Shown in pieces: positions 1-12,892 of a DNA stretch of 64,000 bases (its first letter is position 1; each line of letters starts with the position of its first letter). Origin of the DNA: Yuukianura sp. NJ FZ-2021 (Eukaryota); contig CM102285.1 of assembly GCA_046563655.1 (NCBI GenBank), forward strand, positions 4,774,001-4,838,000, read 5' to 3'. The notes under the pieces were generated by a model, which ran no database searches, had not been told where the DNA came from, and saw only the letters and a program-made list of their open reading frames with translations. The position numbers and the translations under genes were made by a program.

Positions 1-153
1 TCTTCTGGTCAACACATCTTCCCCAATTGGAACAAGCGGACTTGTGTTCCTCAAGGTCGCGGAAATAATGCTGCATAAAACTATAATAATTCTTGGGTTT
101 ATAATAAATTAAATACGGAATTGCCTTAACCCATCGTCATCCCAATTCCACAT
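1..153 (-). CDS. Possible 5' exons of an unknown gene running off the window edge (MWNWDDDG/IISATLRNTSPLVPIGEDVLTRR...)
   Basis: ATG at 153, GT donor at 130, tttatgcag acceptor just above 70, open frame to the edge. No recognisable homology. Confidence 0.25.
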
Positions 154-908
154 TTTTTACCCGGTTTTTAAAAACCACAACGGACAATTGTGCGTCTAAA
201 AGCCATTCACGTTGAAGTTATCTGAATTTTAAACTTTGACCTTTGCAATAAGTTGCAACACAATTTTACGTAGTAATTCTACTGTTTTCCAATTCATCTT
301 GAAAACAATTTCGAGGAATCATTTGTGCTAATGAGTTTTGGTGATTTAATTAATCCACAATTAAGTGACTTTCCCCTTGATTTAGAATTAGATTTTTCAG
401 TTAAATTGTATTAGAGGGGTGGAAGAGAAAGAAAAATCTAAATATCCTGCCTTCTGTAGAAAAATTTCGTCAAGGTCAAACTCTCTGTGTTGTTCGACCT
501 TCAAACAGTTCAAGTGATAACACAGTCAAAATTCCTTAGTATGGCTTATGGCTGGCTCCTGGGAGTCGAGTTTATCAGAAGTCTTCTACATTTAGACACG
601 TCCCACAAAAAACCAACCGTGTGGACTCAGCTTCCCATGCTATCTTCATTCATATTTGCCTCATTCATTCAAACCTAAAAATTCCTCACTAAGAAATACC
701 ACCGATTGCGTATCTTTCCCTCCACTAGATTAGCTGTAGATTCTTGACTCAAATCAAGGCTTTCTGTACGAATCAGTTCCGGAAACTGAGTTTCAGAATC
801 AAACCACATTAAAATTATTTTAATAAGGTTCATTGGGGAGCTTTAGTAATTAATTTAATAAAAGAAGTTACGAAGGTAATAGCATTACGAAGGTATTGAA
901 TTCGCCAA

Positions 909-974
909 TAATTTTGTGAATTTCTGCAAGTAGCTTGAACCTAATTTTGTGAATTTCTGCAAGTAGCTTGAACC
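909..974. repeat. 33-bp perfect tandem duplication just downstream of the DHDH-like stop
   Basis: taattttgtgaatttctgcaagtagcttgaacc occurs twice in tandem. Confidence 0.9.
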
Positions 975-990
975 CATGTGATGAATTGTT

Positions 991-2708
991 TTAAGTTTCC
1001 GCATCTTGGTCATAAAACACTCCGATTTGCTTCCGGATTGTCTCTCTGAGTTCAGCCATTAAAATACTCTCGTCGTGGCTTACGATCGGGCTTTCGAGCA
1101 ATCCTTAAAAACAGGAACAATTAAAATTTCTAACATTTTCGTTTTGTTTTCAGATGAGTTTGCCCTGTACATTTTTGTGAAGGAAATGAATTAATTTTGT
1201 ACCATTTTTAATGCAGCGCCTCACTTCCATGCACTGGTATGCAAGTCCTTGTGTATTCTTGAAGATTGGTTTCCTGTCGGTTTTTGGGAGGTCATACTCA
1301 AACGTTTCCTTCGGCGTTACCAATTTTGTTGGACACCAAAATAGTGGGCCGAGCTTAAGTAAAAATCGGATTTATAAGAAATTGATTGAATTCAGTTTCT
1401 AAAACTTTCTACTTGAAACTTTGAATTTCAAAATGCAAGAGTAACCTTCATGGTCCCTTTGGTTCCCACAATTGCAGCTTCATTTGGTAACTCAACCCTG
1501 CAGTGCGTCTGAAGCGTAGCCGTTCCGCCTTTTGAATAAATCAGCGTAGCACTGGAACTTTCATCAATGTCATGCTCATTCAAATGTCCCCCGGCAATTA
1601 CTTTCTCCGGCCGCTCTCCACCGAACACCAAACAAGCAAGTTGAATTGGGTAGCTTCCAATGTCCAAAACGCTTCCAGCACAAACGCTTTTGTTCCACCT
1701 GGAAATCCATTCACTAAATTCAGAGTTTGTTGGACCAAAGTTTGTTATTTAAGCATAATTAAATCAGAGTCTTTGCTGAAACTCATTTTTTAGAACTGGA
1801 AGTTCATTTTTGGCATTAGATTCATACGTACATTCTCCAGTTGCCGTCGAAGCAGTATCCAATTCCAGCGTTCACTTGAAGTATTTCTCCAATGGTACCT
1901 TTACGAATTTCCTCTCGTAGTTGGTCATAGGCTGGGAAAAATCTGGACCAGTACGCCTGCACATAGGGTGTTGCATTCAATATCAACCAAAAGTGATAAC
2001 ACAATGCTATTTTTAGTCTGGTTCTATGTCGTAGCGGTTGAGAAAGAGAAATCCGATTCCAAAAAAGTTATTTTGAAATCCCAAAATTCAATGCCAATCC
2101 AATTCAAAAACGAAATTGTAAAGTTTTTTTTCCTCTAATCATTTGACTCGTATGAAATTTGAATTGAGCTTAGTTTTTAGTCATTTTATAAATCATTTTT
2201 GAACCGGCATTTTTTTTGCATTTGTTTTGTCTGCGTTAATTGCGTTCCAGTATTGTTAATTAAATCTTACCTCCATGAGAAAAAGTTTGCGTTCGCGAGC
2301 AAATTGGACCAATTCCTTCGTTTCTCTAACATTTACACAAAGAGGCTTTTCACACAGAACATGTTTTCCATTTGCCAGTGCTAATTTACTTAGAGTGAGA
2401 TGCGCCGGATGAATAGAACCGATGTAAACGACGTCTACAACAATTACATGAAATGAACAAACAGAACATTAAATCATTTCAGTTAACTTACCAATTTCAT
2501 CACTTTTCGTCAAATCTTCGTAACTTTCAAATACTTTAGGAATATTATGCTCCATAGCAAACTTTGCTGCGTCATCTTTATTTCTGGCTGCAATTCCCAC
2601 TAGTTGATGTTCAGCAGGCGACAAAACAGAACGAAATGAAGTAGCCCAATCATGAGAAATCGCTGCAGCGGAAAGTATTCCCCAACGCAGTGGAGTGTCT
2701 TTTGACAT
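991..2708 (-). CDS. DHDH: Gfo/Idh/MocA oxidoreductase, trans-1,2-dihydrobenzene-1,2-diol dehydrogenase-like; 6 exons (~2708-2492, 2434-2271, 1956-1832, 1698-1446, 1353-1203, 1103-991)
   Basis: Spliced translation MSKDTPLRWGILSAAAISHDW...DVVYIGSIHPAH...GKHVLCEKP...FLMEAYWSRFFP...LDIGSYPIQ...GVFYDQDAET*. Family motifs present and GT-AG introns stay in phase. Confidence 0.88.
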
Positions 2709-3829
2709 AGTGCTGGTTTTACTACGCTCGATTCTTGACTCTGTGACTCTCGAAATTAACTAAATCTGGATTTAACAAAGCATATTATAGATATGTGTAG
2801 TGGCTAACTAAAAAACATCTATACCAGCAATTTATACAAAGGGGATTCAAGATTGGCAAAGAGTATGCTAGTCTAGCGTCTAGTTCTAGTCAGATAGTAC
2901 ATGAAGTGGAAGTGGTTTTTAAGATGACACTTGCATGAATTAATTGGCCTCAAATCTTCCACATTCAAGTGCTATAGTCTTTTTCCGAACACATAAGGTT
3001 GTGATTCGTTTAGTACTAACTTTATTAATTATCACTCCGTTGATCACAAAAGTGAATTTTGTAACAAAAATACAATCAGCTCGATTGCTAAACTTAAGTT
3101 TTCAGTGTTTCCACTGTTTTAGCCTCATTAATTTTTTATCTGCTAGCAAAATACGTGAAAACTCAAATTAAATTCTTATGAAAATTAAGGAGAGAACCCG
3201 AATATGCTATAAAATCGAAATCCCCTTCATGCAGCGTTCCCGTCCTTCTCCTCACCCCCGACTTCAGTTACACCTTTCATTTGAGACGCCGAGCTACCTA
3301 ACAATGTACATAACAATGTAATCTTCATCTAAATTCCTAGATAAGATAACACTAGCCGTGCTGCTGGTGAATTTATTTTCTCTTCAAATTCGAAGTGCTA
3401 AACAATAGGTCAAAATTTGACCCAAGGAGAAGAAACCATGTTGAAGAATTTTTTGTTTTTAAATGATCTGATTTCTTTACCTAACTAACTTTTCCTAACA
3501 AATAAATTAATTAGTAATCTTACTCATTAAATTAAACTTTGTTTTTAAAATTATCGAACCTCACTTTAGTGAAATCGAAATTCTGTGTCACCAGTTGACT
3601 CAAATATAAATTACAAATAAAGAACGAACGGGCAGAACTGACGAAGTTTGGTTTGGAAAATGCAAACTCAAAATTAAAGTTTTATTTGGAATGAGAAATT
3701 TTGTGGGATTCGTTTAGCTCTAAATCTGACGCCAATAGAGTGAGATCAAATCTTTGAATGTTTAGCACTTTATTGAGTTTCCTGTACATTCTGTAAATAT
3801 CTCATACAATAGTAGACACAATCTGTTTT

Positions 3830-4515
3830 TCAATCGTGAAAAGCTCTCTCGCTGATGCCGATTTGCTTCATTGTTCTACGTTCATGGCGGTAATCCTTCT
3901 TCAGAAGCACATTGCGAAGGCGATGTTCATGTCCTAAACAAAAAGTGCCATATATCAAACGTATTGTCAACTTGCGCTGTCAATCCAATACAATCTATTA
4001 ATCCGACTCACCGTATGTGAAGTGGCACGGACAAGGTGGTTTGGATCCACATTCCGGAGGCAGGTCCACTGGAACCATATTGTACCCAGCATTGGCTACT
4101 CTCGACGAGTACAGAGACGCGTACAAGTTGGAGTCTGTTTTGGGTCCGAAGTTAGAAAGCCAGCACTGGTACCTGATCCAAGTAAAGTGAACATTACCAA
4201 TTTAAAAATAAGTTATACCAAATAAACTTCCGCACTTTTGGGAAAGCGGTGCCAAAGGAGAAAAAGTCAAATCCAGGAATCTGGGACACAACTTCTGAGA
4301 AATGTCCCACCCCTTTCGACAGCAAGGTGGTGCGCATGAGCAATCGCAACGTGGGATTGGACATGGAGGTTTTGGACAAAAAGTATCACCAGAAATCTGC
4401 AAACACAGAGTCCATTTTTAGTAATGGCATCAACTCAGAAATCATTTTTTAGATGTTTTACCGTAACAACATCAATGGATCCTGTTGGACAACACGAGCA
4501 ACATGGACTGCACAT
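3830..4515 (-). CDS. Small Cys/Pro-rich protein of unknown function, ~155-160 aa, 4 coding exons
   Basis: Spliced reading MCSPCCSCCPTGSIDVVT/ISGDTFCPKPPCPIPRCDCSCAPPCCRKG...SQK/YQCWLSNFG...ECGSKPPCPCHFTY/GHEHRLRN...RAFHD* across three phase-compatible GT-AG introns. Confidence 0.6.
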
Positions 4516-5084
4516 TCTGGAAAATTTTGGAATGGACACTTCTCCCAACTCAATGATTTTGAATACGAATAATTTTGACACTGAAGACCGATGCTTCGAA
4601 GTTTGTTGCCTACGCTAAATATTTTGTACCCTCTGCCTCTTCTGGTCGGTCGTTTTGGAAGCACAACATCATAAAAATAATAATAAACAAAAATACAAAC
4701 GCAAGGTTGCCGAAGCGACATGATACTGGGCGACTTCTTTCAGTTTTTTTTTTTCAAAAACGTACTTCTACATGCACAACAAAGCATTTCTCCTGTTCTA
4801 CGTTCACTTTTGAGACTAGATATGGGTATGGTATGAGAATTCAGAAATACTAATATCCATGAATTACTATACGATTTACGCCGTAACCGTCATTTTTAAT
4901 TTAGCAGTTAACTTTGAAGTTATTGAGATGATCCACTTCGGAAAAATAATAAACTGAAGCGAAAAAGGCCACTTAATCCTTACGCGCCGCGCCATCCCGC
5001 AGTAATCGAAAGCTTGAAAAGCTGGAACATACTTCTTCAATGCCGATACAATACAACTTCAAAATAATTTAAAAAAATAAAGTT

Positions 5085-5838
5085 TTATTGAAAGAACTTG
5101 ACTCCTTCATCGCCGATAATCTCCACCTTCTGGGTTCTCACAAGTGTATTTAAGCATTTATGAAGCATTGGCAGATCCATTCCCTTAAACTCCGTATCCG
5201 AGTCCAAAATGACAAAGAACGTTTCCACAGTGTTTAGTAAACCATTTGATGTCGCCCACTCATAAATTAAAGACCCCCATTCTTGTGGAGTTCGCCAGTA
5301 GATGAAGCACCTAAACAATAAAGTGGTATGATTTCTTGAACTGTTGAGTTTAAAGTCTTTACGTTTAGTAATAGTAACCCACGTTACCTATCCTTCGTTT
5401 TCTCTGCCCATTCCGCCTTTCCTTTTGACTGCATTTCATCCAGAATTTGTTCTAGGGCATCCGTAGATAATTGTCGTTTGATAGTTTTGTTATAGAATAG
5501 TGGAATATCAACCCTTGCTTTTTCAAGGATAAAGATGCGATTAGCTTGACAGTAGTTCAGGATCAACTGAGACCATCCTCGTAACTGATGCTTTCTTGTT
5601 TCCTCATTGGGTTGTATTCTGTTCCAAAAAATAGAAATTATTGCAGATTTAATGTGGATTTTAGGACTTAAACTTACAGTAAGAAGAATATCAAATATTG
5701 TGCCCTCTCACCCACCGGAAATAAATAATTAATTAGCCTTAATCACTTTTACTTCGAATCAAAATCGGTTTTGACTCACGTATAAAATGGTGAAAAGTGG
5801 TACTGTTGTGGCCAGTCAAAGTCTTCAACGTTCGTCAT
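5085..5838 (-). CDS. VPS25: ESCRT-II subunit VPS25, 3 exons
   Basis: MTNVEDFDWPQQYHFSPFYT/IQPNEETRKHQLRGWSQLILNYC...IYWRTPQEWGSLIYEW...GVKFFQ* matches the VPS25 N-terminal (WPxQYxFxPFxTxQP) and C-terminal (GVKFF) signatures. Confidence 0.92.
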
Positions 5839-6591
5839 TGAAGTTTTCCAGAAACTAGAGGAAGTTGTCAACTTTGTTGTTAAGTTCGGAAAAATCAGTT
5901 GTAGTATGTATGATGTTGGTGTAGCTGTTTGAAGGAATTGAATTTTGGGCAAGACTTGAAGTCGATGATTCGGGTTTAATTATTTGTCTATTTGTCTATA
6001 ATTTGCCGCCTGCTTTGGTTTTATCTGCTGCGACTGCTACGTTAGATACGTTCTGAGAAACCAGAGGATTAGACTGTCTCGCCTTCGTATGTGTGCCTTT
6101 CCTGTCCGTCCATGCCCTTTCCAATGCCAAGCCCTCCCGTTCTTGTTCATGTTTTCATACAATCCCATTTCCAATTCCTCCAACTGGATTCTATTCAGCA
6201 TCACTATTCAAATCCAAGCACACCAACAACTGATTTCACAACAAAGGAAGCTTTTAGGGTCTATTTATATAGTACCGTGAGTGGAAATCAAACGCGTAGA
6301 AAGGGCTGCTCTTCTTTTCTTGGCTTGAGCTTGAGGGAACAAGGTCAAACGCAAACCTAAAACAGAAAGTCGTCTATTAATCTAAGAAGGTCATTTCTCC
6401 GACACCAAGTCCCAACCGCCATCTTGAACAAGGTAATCTCTTTGGTTGCTGATCTTGAGGTTTCAGGTTAAGGAAGAGTGGGGAGCTTTCGCATTTGGTA
6501 AACGGTATTTTCTATTCAATTGGTTTGATGGCTTTCTTTTACGTCACTAGGGTTAGAGTTCCTTCGATTCGTGATTGCGATTCCTTCAGCA

Positions 6592-7679
6592 ATGTTGAGC
6601 TTAAGCAAAAAGCTAAGGACTGAAGCATCAAACAACAACAACAATGTAATGCCACAAAAGAAGATATCTGTTCGTGATCGACTGCTAGTTAAAGAGGTAA
6701 CTGAAACTATTTGTTCAAAATTCGTTAATGTAGACTGGATAGGAGATTGTCCATGCACTGGTTTGTTCAATTGCCTGTGTTAAGCGAAAAAGCATCGACG
6801 CTGATTTAGAATAGACATCGTTTGTGTATTTTTAGTTGTAAAAATATTTAATTTTTACACAACGCAGTAGAATATTCACTCAGTCTGTCAGTGCATTGAC
6901 CAAATCTCATTAGTTTATATTATTGTGAATACGATTTGTTTTCAGGTTCAAGAACTACAGCAAGACCTTCCTACCTCGTGTAAATTACATTTCGAGGATC
7001 CGGACAAACTGTATGACTTTATGCTCACGATAACCCCGGATGAAGGATTTTGGAAATCTGGCAATTTCAAATTTCATATTTTCGTCACCGATGAGTACAA
7101 CTTTGCCGTAAGTTTAAACCAAACCAAGCGGTACTGATTTTACGAACTCATGCGAGGAGAGGATTCATTACTAAATATGGTTGCATTTTAAATGATTTCC
7201 TCTAATGTAACACAAATAGCCTCCTACTGTGAAATGCAAAACAAAACTTTGGCATCCGAACATCAACGAAGACGGTGCCGTTTGTTTGTCCCTGCTTCGG
7301 CAATCATCTATTGACGAACTTGGATGGGCTCCTACTAGACGTCTCAAGGATGTTGTCTGGGGTCTCAACTCGCTATTTACGGTAAGAGTAAATTGCAAAT
7401 TCGCTTATTTTCTAATAATTCAACGGCAACGCGTTCGATCCGAACATGCTTACTCAGTAAGAATGTACAGCATGTCCACGCAGATATATACTCTACAGTA
7501 ATTATTTGGTGTGATTTCTCTTTTTATAGGACTTACTTAATTTCGAGGATCCATTAAACATTGAAGCTGCCGATCAGTACCAGAAGGACGAAACTGCATT
7601 TCAGAACAAGGTGAAGGATTATATACGAAAATACTGTCAACCTGAGTCTACAACAAATAGTCGAAGCAATCGTCGGTAG
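6592..7679 (+). CDS. UBE2F: NEDD8-conjugating E2 enzyme UBE2F; exons 6592-6696, 6946-7107, 7220-7381, 7530-7679
   Basis: MLSLSKKL...[15 protein letters not shown]...PDEGFW...[59 protein letters not shown]: catalytic Cys and the UBE2F-type insertion. AATAAA at ~7908. Divergent from VPS25. Confidence 0.93.
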
Positions 7680-8472
7680 GCTTAGGCAGTTGACAGTTTG
7701 CTAATACCCATTCACTTCACTGCAAGTTATGTACGTTAAGCTCATTAGTTAGTGAAGTGTGTTTAGCGTTATGGAAGGACACTATGTTCCGTTGCCAGCC
7801 ACCACCGCGGTAGCCATAAAGGACAACTGTGATTGGTGGTATGTTGTAAATGGTGGTGCGAGGAATTTAATCGCATCATATTTTGTAAGCTAATGCTTCT
7901 TGATTAGAATAAATATGTTTACCTTCGATTAGTAATTAAATAATACTCTGGTTCTGAAGACAGTGTTTCTGTAATTCGACTTGAGTGAAGTTGAAACATG
8001 GATCTTTATGCATTTATAAAATTCGCATGAGTTAACATTCGCATTTTAATCTTCTCAGTATTAGCATTACCTAATAAGTACGAGTATGGTTAGGCGGAGC
8101 TGTTACTATTCTTTCAAATATTTAGGTTATCATGAAACCTGAGAGTTATGTCAATATGCCAACATCCCCGTCAATGTAAGGTTCGTCAACTTACTGTGAG
8201 GGAGAAGCCGGAGTAAATTGACTTATTCCACAATTAACATAAGTATACATCCGACTGATTTTTTTCTCCACCACGTCCCTTGCGGTAGAGCCAACAATTA
8301 TGTAATAAAGCTGTTGTAATTAAATAAGTGCTCTTCCCATTAAATTTTCTTTGTTGAAGTCCTTAAACACTTTACACAACACGTTGTCAGACAAATCAAA
8401 AATAAAATAAGGCTTAAAAGTTTTAAACCTACGAGATGTTCATTCCTTTCCATGGTTTAAGGGCGAACTTAT

Positions 8473-8535
8473 CTGCGATCCGTTGAGACTTAAGACTTGA
8501 CTGGGGGATTCGTCGTGATGACTGGACGAATTCTC
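8473..8535 (+). pseudogene. Degenerate 28S 3'-end remnant marking the left edge of the rDNA array
   Basis: ctgcgatccgttgagacttaagacttgactgggggattcgtcgtgatgactggacgaattctcc aligns, with several mismatches, to the 28S end/IGS start at ~24953-25016. Confidence 0.85.
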
Positions 8536-9509
8536 CTTTTTTTTTTTTACAATTCCAATAATTGTGACTCCCTCCATTCCTGCCAACTTTTACATTTTTC
8601 TTTACTTTTTTTTTTTTACAATTGGAATAATAGTTACTCCCTCAATTCTTTCCAACTTGCACATTTTCCATTTTTTTAAATTCCAAAAGTAGTTACTCCC
8701 TTCACTTGTTTCAACGTGCAAAATTTTTCTTCTTTTTTTTTTACAACTTGAGTTGTAGTTACTCCCTTCACTTGTTTCAACTTGGAAAATTTTTCTTCCT
8801 TTTTTTACAAATTGAGTTGTAGTTACTCCCTTTACTTGTTTCAACTTGGAAAATTTTTCTCTTATTTTTTTTTACAATTCCAACAATTGTTATTCCCTTC
8901 ACTGCTTGCAGCTTGGAAAATTTTTCTCCTATTTTTTTTACAATTCCAATAATAGTTACTCCCTTCACTGTTTGCAGCTTGGAAAAATTTTCCTTTTTTC
9001 TAACAATTTCAACTCCTTCACTGCTTGCAGCTTGGAAAATTTTCCTTTTTTTTTTAACAATTTCACTTACAGTCACTTTCATCCGACATGTTTAGTGTAC
9101 TTTTTTTCAACTATGTCAATAATAGCTACTTCCCCAGGTTTGTAAATTTATTTTTCATTAAAAGTGTGCGTAATACCTCGAGAAAAAAAGAAGTTCACTT
9201 TTATTTCATACCTTCAAGAATCAATTACCGTATTTTCCCAAATAATACACCCGGTGTACTAATTTTGTTTTCGACTTCTGGGGGTGGTGTACTATTAGGG
9301 ACCTGGTGTACTATTAGGGACGGTGTATTAATTCTTTTTTCCAAAAAGCATATTATTTTTTACTAACCTCTCATTGAAATTACGCAAGAAATATTCGAAT
9401 TTTGCTTGCAAAATTTTTAAAAAAGCCTCTAAATGATGCGTATTTTGTAGAATTACTTGTGTAGCAACAAGATAGAAAGAACATTAATGTTTTTTCTGTT
9501 GTATTTAAT

Positions 9510-9700
9510 CAGTGTTGGTGGATATCCACTTTTGGACCATTTTGTCCAGGATATATCCACTGGATAAATGGATAAATCCGGATGAAATCCAGTTTCAGAT
9601 GGACGAAATTGAGTATCGTCCGGAAGAAACCAAGAAAATCCGGATATATCCACCACTTTTATGGAAGTGGAAGAAGTATTTTATCCATCCACCAACACTG
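9510..9700. mobile_element. hAT-type MITE (191 bp) nested in the mariner-like element
   Basis: 14-bp perfect TIR CAGTGTTGGTGGAT and 8-bp TSD tatttaat (9502-9509, 9701-9708). Confidence 0.9.
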
Positions 9701-9743
9701 TATTTAATTAAATATAGCTAAACTTTTCCAGTAGGCATATACT

Positions 9744-10213
9744 CAGAGGTGCTGGAAATCCACTTTTTCGATATTTCGTCAATCGGTGCGCATATCAAGA
9801 GACGGTTTAAAATGCAAATAAATTATTTTATAATAGTTAACTTAAATTTATTTAAACTCCGCTGAATTTTTAATTTGTTGCATTCACCAAGGTTTCTATA
9901 GCAACCGCTACTTCATAAGGTTAAGCAATAAGTCTTGTTTTCCAAAAATCTCGCTCCAAACTTTTTTTTCGCCCAATTTTCGCCCAATCCCATTTGATTG
10001 CACATAAATCATTACCATAGGAAGGCATGCTGAACCAAGTTTTGCTAATTTTTAAACAAAATTTAAAACGCTTGAGTTATTGCCTAACCTGTTGAAGAAA
10101 AAACTATTTTTTGTTTACAAACCTTGGCATTCACCGTCCACTACAACCACATTTATTCTACTGGATATCCGGATGGATTAAGCCACTGGATGTTTAAGCA
10201 TACAACAACACTG
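9744..10213. mobile_element. Possible older, degenerate hAT-like MITE
   Basis: Ends cagaggtgctg / caacaacactg, imperfect TSD ggcatatact vs ggcatact, and ggatatcc/atccact motifs shared with the neighbouring MITE. Confidence 0.4.
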
Positions 10214-12892
10214 GGCATACTCCTTGGGTGTATTACCAAAGACCAAATACCCGGTGTACTATTGGAGACCCGGTGTACTATTTGGGACGGTGTACTAATT
10301 AATTTTTGGGGCCCCGACCCCGGTGTACTATTAGGGACCCGGTGTACTATTAAAGTACGGTGTACTATTAGGGAAAATACGGTATTAGAAACAGAGCAAC
10401 TACAATTTTTTGAATTTTTTTAAATTTTCATTGCTTATAAATATACCAAGTTTATTTTTTGGGATTGGCACTAATGGTATTCAGTTTTTTGTTATTTTAA
10501 TTTCTTTTGGTAAGCAACGGAGGTAGTACGCAACCTCTTAGAGAAGAAAAAATGGCTAAAAACTTCGTTTTTTAACAACTTGAATAGTAGTTACTCCCTT
10601 CAGTTTACAAACTATTTTTTACGTGAAAGCTACGTCAGTTTTGACAAAATATGCATTAAGTTATGCAGTTTCGACAAAACCTGCACACCTGCACACCTGC
10701 ACTTAAGTTACGCAAATTTGAAAAAATTTACAGTTAGGTTACGTGAATATTCCAAATTTGCATTTAGGTTAAGTAAATTTGAAAAACATTGGAGTTAGGT
10801 TACGTGAATTTGCCAAATTTACATTTAGGTTACGCAAATTTGCCAAATTTGCATTTAGGTTATGTAAATTTGCCAAATTTGGATTTAGGTTAAGTAAATT
10901 TGAAAAAATTTGCAGTTAGGTTACGTCAACTTTAAGGGACTTTGCGTTAGGTTACGTCAACTGACAAAATTTGGGTTAGGTTATCAAATCACATGAATTG
11001 AGATTTCAAATATTTCTCATATTCAATTTCATTTTTATCAGGTTAGGTTAGGAAATTTACATATAAATTAGTTACATCGTCAAGAGTGTAAAAAACGTCA
11101 AAAGAAACAGAAAATAAAAAAGAAAATGTATTTAGGAGTGGAGGGAGTAACTGTAATTGAATTTCTAAAAAACAGAAAGAAAATGTGTTTTGGAGTGGAG
11201 GGAGTAACTGTTACTCAAATTGTAAAAAAAAAAAATAATATAGAAATATAGAGTAATTTACATTCAAATCAGTCACTTACAGCATAAAAAATAAAAAAAA
11301 ACAAGTGAAAAAGAACAGGAAGCAACTATTTCAATTTAGCGATAGGAATTAAAAAAAGCCACGTTCAAACAGGTGGAGGGAGTAACTATTATTGAAATTG
11401 AAATTGTAAAAAAAAGGTATAATGGAAAATGTATTTAAAAGTAGAGGGAGTAACTACAAATAAAATTTTTTAAAAAAGGAAAGAAAATTTAGAAATGGAG
11501 GGAGTAACTAACGTTAGAATTGCAAAAAAAGAAAGAAAAAAATTTACATATTAGAGGGAGTAACTACTGTTCGAATTGGCAAAAAAAAATATATGAGTGG
11601 AGGGAGTAACTATTCTTCGAATTGGAAAAAAAAAATTATTGTCATAAAAAAAAGGCAAGCAGAGTGAAAAAAACAAATTTCATATTTAGGACAATAGGGG
11701 GGATACCCTTAGTAGGTATCTACAGCACTACAGCAGTGGAAGTGCACTATTGTGCCCGCTGGTGTATGCTGATGTACAGAGGAAAAGTGGCTCCTCTGGA
11801 CTTTTACAACACGTGCATGAGAGAAGAGAAGAGGGATGAACTACTAGAGAAGGGATCTTTTCCTCTCCTCTTCTCTCACTGACGAATTTACCCTATGCCT
11901 GTGCAAGGGTCATATAGTAGCCCAAGACTACTACGAGGAGGAAGAAAAAGGCAAAGAAAAAATGAAGCCTTTATCAGAGCTCCTCTTGTATTTCTGGGCT
12001 GTTGCTAAATGATTACTGTGTTCATGCTGTTATGTAAAGACTGTTTGACTCTAGTGTTGTGGGAGAGTATTCAAAGGAAAGTTCAGTTGAAGTAAATTGT
12101 GTGCTGGGAGCACTGGGAAATCTGAACAAGGGAGAATACTTATGAAATGATTGGGAAGAGTCTACATCAGTCAATTGTAAGCAGAATTCAGTTAAATGTG
12201 CAAAATGCTCTTAAATAGTAGTTGTGGACATTTTCAAATTATTTTCTTAGGGGAGTAGTTTTTAACTGGTTGTTTGCTGTACCATTATGGAGACGTGGAC
12301 TAAGTTCTGAATGATGTTCTTGTTTCCAAAAAGTGGTATAATGTAATACCGGAAAAATTACTAAATGGTAGAAAATACTTGAAAATTAATGGAAGTATGG
12401 AAGTACATAGTTTGACGGATGTGAAGTGCAGACTGTGTACGGTACATAAAGCTTGGCACCCGTACCAAATAAATGTGCCCGAGGTTGAGTTGAGGTTCAA
12501 ACCTTTGTAAAAGTCCTCATAGGCTGGAGTTGTGCACATGCCACTACAAAGGCCGCTATGCAGTAATAGTACGTTGTTGTTGTGTATGTAACTCATAACA
12601 GTAATGCGTCTCACTGCAAAGAAATGTTACATGTTGAAGGCATCACAGCCACGCTTCTTCATACTTAGGTATATATGGAGCACTGAGTTTGAGATGTTTC
12701 TTCGTAATAATCCGTGTGAGAAAGTAATATCGAATCATGTCTGTCAATATTTGTTGGCTTTGACTGGTTTGTAGCAACTTGGGGAGAATTGAGTCTCAAT
12801 TGGGAATTGGTGACAAAAGATTCTGTACGCACGTAACTTGAATGGGATTCGAGTAATCGTGTAAAATATTTACTAGAAATAGTATTTATTGT

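Larger units (their letters stand above)
9228..10382. mobile_element. Non-autonomous Tc1/mariner/pogo-type element (1155 bp) inserted in the first IGS
   Basis: TIRs CCGTATTTTCCC...GGGAAAATACGG, TA duplication at 9226-9227 and 10383-10384, subterminal CGGTGTACTA repeats. The empty site caatTAttagaaac is seen in every other IGS. Confidence 0.92.

Noticed and set aside
5900..6560. ORFs 6089-6360 between VPS25 and UBE2F
   Set aside because: No homology or convincing exon structure; more likely the shared promoter, UTR or intron region.
8602..9145. Lys-rich 'VKGVTIIGIVKK' repeat ORFs
   Set aside because: Translations of IGS subrepeat block A; frames are not conserved between units.
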